Shown here: positions 57,638-64,000 of the stretch, piece by piece
Position numbering within the stretch: the stretch's first letter is position 1
Layout: every line of letters starts with the position of its first letter
DNA from: Candidatus Eiseniibacteriota bacterium
GTDB lineage: Bacteria; Orphanbacterota; Orphanbacteria; Orphanbacterales; Orphanbacteraceae
Direction of reading: 5' to 3'
NCBI GenBank assembly: GCA_029262235.1
Contig: JAJCZU010000008.1
Coordinates: forward strand, 266,381-330,380
DNA length: 64,000 nucleotides
Program-made: the position numbers and the translations under genes
Notes under the pieces: model-generated
Told to the model about the DNA's origin: nothing
Seen by the model: only the letters and a program-made list of their open reading frames with translations
Databases searched by the model: none

Positions 57638-58576
57638 CTACGTGGCGAGCTGCACGTCTACATGAAATCCGAGGATGTCGCACTCCGAGAACGAGCGGAC
57701 CAGGCGATCGAGAATCGCGTCCGAAGAGTACGTCTCCCCCGCCACGAGAAACGCCTGCCCCATACGAAACGGGGGAAGCGCATCCGAAGTCACGGTTTCG
57801 ACCATTTTCGTCCGCACGCGCGAAAGGAACGACTCGAACCCGCGGCGGTTCGTGCCCGTCATGACGGCAACGAGTTCGGTTTCCGACCAGGCAACGAGGA
57901 TATCGTCTCTGCGGAAATTGGCGCGCATGGTTTCCACGGCTGCGGTCGCCGCCTCGTTGTTCAGAGCGATCCCCTCTTCGAGCCCCATGAACTTGACCAT
58001 GAGCGCCACGCAGTCGACGCCGAAAGTACCGGCACGCTCCAGCGACGCGACCAGGCGGTCCTGGACTTCGCCCTTCAACCGGAAATCATCGTCGACCGCA
58101 TGAAAGACGCCGGCCTCGGAGTGTCCGTCTTCGTCCGATCGCGAATCCGTTCCCATCGCGCCACGAAACGCGATGAAGGTCGGACGTTCACGACCCGCCC
58201 CGCCGGCGATGAGCCCCTCGATCGCTTCCTGCATGTGCGAATGATTGTGACCATAGACGATGATCTCGTCGACGCCGGCCTGCTTGCACCGCGCCTGATC
58301 TTTCGCGCGCATTTTCTCGGGGGCGATGAGCAGTACGGGGTTCTGGAAACCGCTGCGCTTCAGCGTAGCGCACACTTCGAGCGAGGAGACGTCGTTCACG
58401 TCGAATTCGATGATGAGTACAGCCGGGGGATTCTGCAGAACGGTGGCGATCGCCTCGATCGGCGAAGTGCTGATCGTGACCTGGCACGAATCGTCGAGTT
58501 CGCCGAGGAAATCGAGCGGAAAGTTCTTATACGTCAGATAGAAAACGCTGTGTTTGTCGCCCGATGATCGTTCCAA
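57638..58576 (-). CDS. atypical receiver domain plus degenerate GGDEF-like domain
   Basis: Receiver-like EAI....PP..LIIE....LEVC..LK....PVLL; C-terminal FRRDDIL..WSETEL. Start placed at a TTG after a GAGGGG SD. Confidence 0.7.
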   Translation of the reverse strand: MERSSGDKHSVFYLTYKNFPLDFLGELDDSCQVTISTSPIEAIATVLQNPPAVLIIEFDVNDVSSLEVCATLKRSGFQNPVLLIAPEKMRAKDQARCKQAGVDEIIVYGHNHSHMQEAIEGLIAGGAGRERPTFIAFRGAMGTDSRSDEDGHSEAGVFHAVDDDFRLKGEVQDRLVASLERAGTFGVDCVALMVKFMGLEEGIALNNEAATAAVETMRANFRRDDILVAWSETELVAVMTGTNRRGFESFLSRVRTKMVETVTSDALPPFRMGQAFLVAGETYSSDAILDRLVRSFSECDILGFHVDVQLAT

Positions 58577-58726
58577 TCCGATTCCCCCTCTGATGAATCG
58601 CCCCGGTTGCAGGGCATGCCGCACTCATTGTTACTATCGGCCTGACCGGGCACGACAGAAGAGGCGTACGGAATTCCGCTCACTGCGGAAATCTGTGCGG
58701 GGAATTGATTGCCCTCCGTGGGACAA

Positions 58727-59140
58727 TCAGGCGGTTGCCTTCTGATTCGCCTTCTGATTCATGCGGCACACGCCTTCGAACGTCACGTTGTCCTGGATGA
58801 TGAGCGACGGCGCCTTGATTTCGCCGATCATCGTGCACCCTTCCATGAGTTCGATCTTGCCGCGCGCTTCGGCGTTTCCTTCGAGACGGCCGTGCACGAC
58901 GATGCGCTGCGCGATCACGTTCGCGTTTACTTTGCCTTCGCGTCCGACCATGAGCGTGCCGCTCACGTGAATGTCGCCCTGATACGTGCCGTCGACCTGC
59001 ATGTTCGACTGGCAGTTGAGCTTGCCGGAAAACGTTGTGTCGCCGGCGAGTACCGACGTGCCGCTTCCGGCGGAGGGGCGGGCTTCCGGAGCGGAGGGCG
59101 CCCCGGGCGTTGCGGTCTTCGTGTCTTTGTTGCCGAACAT
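58727..59140 (-). CDS. bactofilin (polymer-forming cytoskeletal protein)
   Basis: G.L......VDG...GDI.V.G.L.VG..G.V.A.V.A..I...G...GN..A...IEL beta-helix repeats; GAGG SD. Confidence 0.93.
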   Translation of the reverse strand: MFGNKDTKTATPGAPSAPEARPSAGSGTSVLAGDTTFSGKLNCQSNMQVDGTYQGDIHVSGTLMVGREGKVNANVIAQRIVVHGRLEGNAEARGKIELMEGCTMIGEIKAPSLIIQDNVTFEGVCRMNQKANQKATA

Positions 59141-59165
59141 GACTACCTCTCTATCTAATTACATC

Positions 59166-60005
59166 CTACAAGTTGCGCCCCGGCGACAGCAGGTACACCG
59201 GATCGATTGCGTATCCGTCTTTTCGTATTTCGAAGTGGAGATGGGGGGCCGTGGAGATTCCGGTATTGCCCAGGAAGGCGATCGGATCTCCGAGGCTGAC
59301 TTTGTCCCCCTCCTGCACCACGAGCTTCGCGTTATGACAATAAATCGAATGCAGCCCGTCGCCGTGGTCCAGCACGACTACCCAGCCGTACGTGTCGTTC
59401 CAGCCGGCGGCGGAAACGCTGCCCCCGCGCGGCGCCTCGATCAGCGTATTGCGCGGTGCCGCGATATCGAGCCCGGAGTGAATCCCGCCCGACTCGCGCT
59501 CTTCGCCGAACTCGGACGACACGAACCCTTCGGCGGGCCAGCGCCACTTCTCATGATACTTGTCGAGATCTTTCTCCAGCTTCTTGAGCTGCTCCGCATC
59601 CGGCATGATCGCTTCGGACAGCACGAGCCGCGGAGCGTCCGCGGGAAGCCCTTCCGCGCCGTTTACGCCCGCATCAGCCGCTTCCGCCGTCACGGAGGGC
59701 GCCTCCGGGAGCCCGATCAGACTTCGCACGCGCCGATCCATCTCGCGCAGCTCCACGACTTCGGCCTCGAGCCCCTGATAGTGCGTCTCACGGGCTTCCA
59801 GCTCCGCCACACGGCCCTGCAGGCTCTGCCAGTTCCGCACGCGATGCATGAGCCCGCCGTATGTCACGATCATGAATGCCACTCCCATGAGCAGAATGAC
59901 GAGTGCCCCGATCAGAATCACGAGCGTCCGGCGGTCGACCTGCAGCTGGTACGACTTACTGCCGTCAGACGGCGCGATGATCAGAGAATAGCGCTTGTTC
60001 GACAC
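59166..60005 (-). CDS. M23 peptidase with TM helix and coiled coil
   Basis: H.G.DIAA, YG..V..DH, Y.H, GNTG.STAPHLHFE. Confidence 0.93.
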   Translation of the reverse strand: MSNKRYSLIIAPSDGSKSYQLQVDRRTLVILIGALVILLMGVAFMIVTYGGLMHRVRNWQSLQGRVAELEARETHYQGLEAEVVELREMDRRVRSLIGLPEAPSVTAEAADAGVNGAEGLPADAPRLVLSEAIMPDAEQLKKLEKDLDKYHEKWRWPAEGFVSSEFGEERESGGIHSGLDIAAPRNTLIEAPRGGSVSAAGWNDTYGWVVVLDHGDGLHSIYCHNAKLVVQEGDKVSLGDPIAFLGNTGISTAPHLHFEIRKDGYAIDPVYLLSPGRNL

Positions 60006-60357
60006 GTTGTGCGGCTCCCGATCCGGAATGGCGGAAGGCCGATGGTAAGTCTGCGTCATGAAATTCGTCAATCGGGAATTCGGAGGTCATCGTAGAGGCG
60101 ATGCTGAAGTGGATACGAGAGAGCGGGGCCGAACGTCCAGGGAAAAGGGTGCTACCGTTTGCGATTGAGTTCCCCAAATAACCGGACTTTCGGACCCCGC
60201 GATCTCAGCAACTGTCTTTTGGAGAGTCCATCCTCCTTTCGAACCATAGCCTGCCTGCTCTGTCGGACCGCGGGTTATGGGAGCTCCCACACAACCCATT
60301 TCCCGCGGTCCCCTGATTTAGGAGGGCTAGTGAGACCGAAGTCTCGGTCCCTGTGTA

Positions 60358-60375
60358 TTGCGAGGAACGTGCCAA
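60358..60375 (-). promoter_or_regulatory. sigma54 (-24/-12) promoter candidate
   Basis: TTGGCACGTTCCTCGCAA = GG-N10-GC, with an AT-rich stretch upstream. Confidence 0.55.
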
Positions 60376-61101
60376 AACGCAAAACTTTGCTATCTCGCGG
60401 CATGACCTCATAACTGTTTGTTTTAAAACATCTTATGATATTCGCATTTTGCCCGATTCTCTTGTTCTGTCCACAAAAGTGTACCGATTTGGAGACACCT
60501 TGGATCTTAGCGGTGCTCTTTTCGGGGCGCGGGTGATCGTCATCGGGCTCGGAACAAGAGGACGATTCCGAACGAATGGCGCGGAATTTCGTTCGATATC
60601 GTCCGGCGGGGGCCGGGTTCGAGGGACCGCCGGGGTTCGGATTGAGTGCGGGGCAAAAACAGCGAACGGGCCGACGCGGCGAACAGGGAGCCGCGGCGAC
60701 GTTTCCGACACGACCCGTGCCGGGCGGGCTTCGGGCACCCGCATCTGGTACGCCGCTTGCAATGTCGGGAACCTTGAAGGGGGTTGCCGACTGTATTCGT
60801 CAGCGCGTCTCATGATTTGCAAATGGGGAAGCGAATCGCGAGGCGGTCTGTCGGCCGAATCCGGAACGAGCACTCGAGGCGACAGGCACTCCCTTCATTC
60901 TAAAATGTGCGGAGCATGAAATTTTCATGTAAGTTGTAATTGAGTCTGAAAACTGAATACGAAATGGGCCGGAAGAGTCCTCCACAATTCCCAAATACTT
61001 CGGGAAGTTCGGCAATTCAGGGAGGGGACGCTCGTCGTCTTCTCCTCCTTCACTATCTCCAAACTCTTCCGGCCCTTTTTTTGTGTGCTATTCTGGCTCT
61101 C

Positions 61102-62205
61102 ATGAAACGTTTGCCGCTGTTTCTCATCTGCGCGATTCTCGCGATGACACCCACGATCCCGACTGCAGACCAGGCCCATGCGAACGAGTTCGATCCACCG
61201 GTCGCGAAAGTCGAAGATGATCCCGCGCGCGCGTTCGACTTCTGGCTCGGCGAATGGAGCGTGAATCTGCGCGTGAAGCAGGAAGACCAGACGTGGGCCG
61301 ACGAACGAACGGCAACCGCGAAGATCTACTCCGTGCTCGGCGGACGCGCGATTCTCGAACTGTGGGACGAAAACGCCCCCGGCAACGCGATCCGCGGGTT
61401 CAGCCTGCGCTACTACGACGAAGCCGCCGCCGAATGGAAGCTGTATCTGAACTGGCCCGGCCGTAACCGATCGGGTATCAGCGGGCTGTCAGGCACGTTT
61501 CGCCACGGGCGCGGCGAGTTCTTCTCCGAATACGCGATCGACGACACGACGACCATGCTCTCGCGCTACACGTTCAGCGATATCACCGACAACTCGCTGC
61601 GCTGGGACGACGCGTTCTCGAAGGACGGCGGCAGAACCTGGACGAACAACTGGATCATGGAGTTCACGCGGACGGCCGACAGCGCGTCGTGGCCGGAACC
61701 GGGCGAGCCGGCGCACACGTATCATGACGGCGGGCGGTGCGATCTGCCGGAGTTCGAGTTAGTGAAAAAGCTCGGCGGTGAGTGGGAAGGATCGAACGCG
61801 GGGGATGTCGGGATCTGCTACGGGATCGATCGGGCTTACAACATCCTGGACGGATGTGCTTCGATCCTGCTCCTTGATTATCACGAGGAACCGACCCACG
61901 TTCCGGAATTCGCGTTTTTCAGTTACAACACCTACGCGAAGGCATATGAACTCGCGGTGCTGACAGGAAAGCCGGGCGAACAGTTCCAGAGCTGTTTCGG
62001 CGAGGTCGAAGACAGTGTTCTTGTTTTTCGCGCGCCGAAAAGTGCGCCGGCGGAGCGCCGGTATACGATGCAGCTGACCGATACCATACTGAAAATGAGT
62101 CGCAGGGATCTCGTGGGTTCATCGCAGGAAAACGATCCCGAGTGGACCCACGTCTATAAGGCGAACCTGAAGCGGAAAGAGCCTGTGTCCGATCCTGACG
62201 ACTAG
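61102..62205 (+). CDS. secreted protein with two DUF1579-like beta-barrel repeats
   Basis: Signal peptide; FDFW.GEW...LGG.A.LE...G.SLR.YD.....W...S.DGG.TW, echoed by a second degenerate copy (L.GEW...ILDGC). Confidence 0.7.
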   Translation: MKRLPLFLICAILAMTPTIPTADQAHANEFDPPVAKVEDDPARAFDFWLGEWSVNLRVKQEDQTWADERTATAKIYSVLGGRAILELWDENAPGNAIRGFSLRYYDEAAAEWKLYLNWPGRNRSGISGLSGTFRHGRGEFFSEYAIDDTTTMLSRYTFSDITDNSLRWDDAFSKDGGRTWTNNWIMEFTRTADSASWPEPGEPAHTYHDGGRCDLPEFELVKKLGGEWEGSNAGDVGICYGIDRAYNILDGCASILLLDYHEEPTHVPEFAFFSYNTYAKAYELAVLTGKPGEQFQSCFGEVEDSVLVFRAPKSAPAERRYTMQLTDTILKMSRRDLVGSSQENDPEWTHVYKANLKRKEPVSDPDD

Positions 62206-62208
62206 CCC

Positions 62209-64000
62209 TTACGGTTTCTGTATCGCGATCCCGACTTCGTTCTCGCCGACTTTGAGCTGCTGCCTGTGCTCACTGCCGTTGCCGTCACCCGGTTCGAGCG
62301 ACAGCGCGAGCGTCTCCTGCTTGATATAGTCCGCGAAATTCGTGACGGCCTCACCGGCATCGCCTGCCGCTTCGTACCGAATGTGAATCTGGTCCGAGAT
62401 CTCGAACCCGGCGTCCTTCCGCATGTTGTTGATCGTGCGGACGATGTCGCGCGCGAAGCCTTCCTGAAGCAGCGCGGGCGTCAGCTCGATATCGACGGCA
62501 ACCGTTACGCCGCCGGCGCTCGCCACCGCGTCGCTCCCCTTCGACTCCGTCTGCAGCAGCACGTCGGCCGGGTCGACTTCGTGCTTCTCGCCGTCGACCT
62601 CGACCACGAGATTCTCGCCCGCCTGAATCGACGCCGCGGCCGCAACAGGGTCAAGCGCGGAGAGCGCCTTGCGTACTTTCGGGAACTCCTTGCCGAACTT
62701 CGGGCCGAGCGTGCGGCTGTTCGGCAGCAGCTTGTAACTGACGAGCGCGCTGAGTTCCGTCACGACCTCGAACTCTTTCACGTTCAGCTCCTCGATGATC
62801 ACGCCGCCGAGCTCCTGCAGATCGCGCTGCGCTTTTTCGCTCGCGACGTTGACGCGCGCGATCGCGAGCGGCTGGCGGATCTTCATGTCGACCGAGCTCC
62901 GCGCCGCGCGGCCGAGGCCGGCCACCGTAATCGCGAGCCGCATCTTGTCGAGCAGGTCGCGGTCGAGCGTTTTCGCATCGGCGTCAGGGTAAAGGCAGTG
63001 GTGCACGCTTTCGGGCGCGTTCTGGTCGAAGCCGCGCACGAGATTCTGGTAGATTTTCTCGCTGATGAACGGCACGAACGGCGCGAGCAGCTTCGAGAAT
63101 GTAACGAGCGCGTCGTACAGAGCGCCGTAGGCGGCCTTCTTGTCGGCGTCGGCTTCGCTCCTCCAGAAACGCCGGCGCGAACGGCGCACGTACCAGTTCG
63201 AGAGGTCGTCGAGCATCGATTCGAGCGCGAGCGTCGCGCGCTCGGGATCGCTCACTTCGAGGGCGCCCCGCACTTCGACCGTCGTTTCGTCGAGGCGTTC
63301 GTGAATCCAGCTGTCGAGCTGCGCGTTCCCGCCGTTCGGCGATGTCGCCCGCGCTTCACCAGGCGTCCAGCCGTCGATCCGGGCGTACGTCACGAAGAAC
63401 GAGTACACGTTCCAGAGCGGAATGATGAACTGCCGGCGCGTTTCGTCGCCGATCGCGTAACCGAAGCGCACGTTCTTCTCCGGCTTGCTGCCCGCGTAGA
63501 GCCAGCGCATCGTATCGGCCCCCATCTTGTCGGCCGCGTCGTCGAACCAGATCGCGTTCCCCCACGACTTGTGCATCTCGCGCCCGTCTTCGGCGATCAG
63601 CGTCGAGTAACCAAAGAGCGACTTGAACGGCGCGCGATCCGTCAGCACGGTCGACTGCGCGAGGAGCGAATAGAACCAGTTCCGAAACTGCCCGGGAAAA
63701 CTTTCGCTGACCCAGTCGGCCGGGAACCACTTCTCCCAGTATTCGCGGTCGGTGTTGTACTGAAGCGTCGAGAACGGCACGATGCCCGCGTCGAGCCACG
63801 GGTTCCCCACGTCTTCGATGCGCGTCCCGATCAGGCCGGTTTCGGGGTGCTTGATTTTCACATTGTCGATGTACGGACGGTGCGGCGTGTGGCCCTCGAA
63901 CTCGTCCCATCCTTCCACCGCAAGCTCCTTGAGCTCTTCGCGCGAGCCGACAACCCAGAACGAATCGTCTTCGAACTGCCAGATCGGGAGCGCGAGCCCC
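62209..64000 (-). CDS. ileS: isoleucine--tRNA ligase, type 2 (5' part outside window)
   Basis: GLALPIW, HRPYID, PWLDAG, Q.R.WFYSL, EMHKS.GN, LSNWYVRRSRRRFW, KIRQPL, ELNVK, EG.AR..VR.I...RK; no IleRS1 C-terminal zinc finger. Confidence 0.95.
   Translation of the reverse strand, partial: GLALPIWQFEDDSFWVVGSREELKELAVEGWDEFEGHTPHRPYIDNVKIKHPETGLIGTRIEDVGNPWLDAGIVPFSTLQYNTDREYWEKWFPADWVSESFPGQFRNWFYSLLAQSTVLTDRAPFKSLFGYSTLIAEDGREMHKSWGNAIWFDDAADKMGADTMRWLYAGSKPEKNVRFGYAIGDETRRQFIIPLWNVYSFFVTYARIDGWTPGEARATSPNGGNAQLDSWIHERLDETTVEVRGALEVSDPERATLALESMLDDLSNWYVRRSRRRFWRSEADADKKAAYGALYDALVTFSKLLAPFVPFISEKIYQNLVRGFDQNAPESVHHCLYPDADAKTLDRDLLDKMRLAITVAGLGRAARSSVDMKIRQPLAIARVNVASEKAQRDLQELGGVIIEELNVKEFEVVTELSALVSYKLLPNSRTLGPKFGKEFPKVRKALSALDPVAAAASIQAGENLVVEVDGEKHEVDPADVLLQTESKGSDAVASAGGVTVAVDIELTPALLQEGFARDIVRTINNMRKDAGFEISDQIHIRYEAAGDAGEAVTNFADYIKQETLALSLEPGDGNGSEHRQQLKVGENEVGIAIQKP

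Noticed and set aside
60180-60220. Minus-strand GACAGTTGC...GAAAGTCCGG resembling the RNase P RNA 5' end
   Set aside because: Lacks the GAGGAAAGUCC context and the 3' ACAGAA...GGCUUA strand.
60205-60231. 8-codon minus-strand ORF (MDSPKDSC) after AAGGAGG
   Set aside because: No spacing between SD and ATG; no support as a leader peptide.
60650-60792. GGCAAA...GACGC...GTTGCCGA resembling a c-di-GMP-I riboswitch
   Set aside because: The P2 stem does not pair, there is no GAAA tetraloop, and the spacing is too long.

Overview
GC-rich bacterial chromosomal window of mostly housekeeping and envelope genes. Secreted proteins ending in an FlgD-Ig-like domain or an 'SWxxIKxLFR' tail suggest an FCB-group candidate phylum (Eisenbacteria/Latescibacterota-like); this is inference only. 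Genes, in order: partial ispG, acyl-CoA thioesterase, DUF6600-like protein, cysteine synthase, DUF4197 lipoprotein, Asp/Asn beta-hydroxylase, aldo-keto reductase, TrmJ, long-form GreA, ftcD, a ~15-kb surface-polysaccharide locus, BON-MscS, pdxR-pdxS-pdxT, EEP nuclease, SGNH/TPR protein, mutY, a lower-GC island with two secreted proteins, an HAD-ECH fusion, an Sm-like small protein, a histidine kinase, RluA-type synthase, YyaL, a GT4, tspO, arfB, a group II decarboxylase, top6B-top6A-sufS, a pseudo-receiver/degenerate GGDEF protein, M23 plus bactofilin, a secreted DUF1579-like protein and partial type-2 ileS. No CRISPR array, rRNA, tRNA or intact transposase was seen. The most novel-looking signal is non-coding: several long intergenic spacers carry dispersed, modular stem-loop elements. 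Two recur 20-30 kb apart with compensatory base changes (element A 32116/52784, element B 2800/32425). A third (element D) is tandemly duplicated at 52982/53205 and has related motifs near 60260-60620. Copies of A, B and D sit beside homopurine/homopyrimidine tracts. A separate ~360-nt nested structure lies at 36561-36921. I could not match any of these to an RNA family I know. Gene starts were chosen by eye from RBS/promoter context, and family names come from motif recognition, not database searches.
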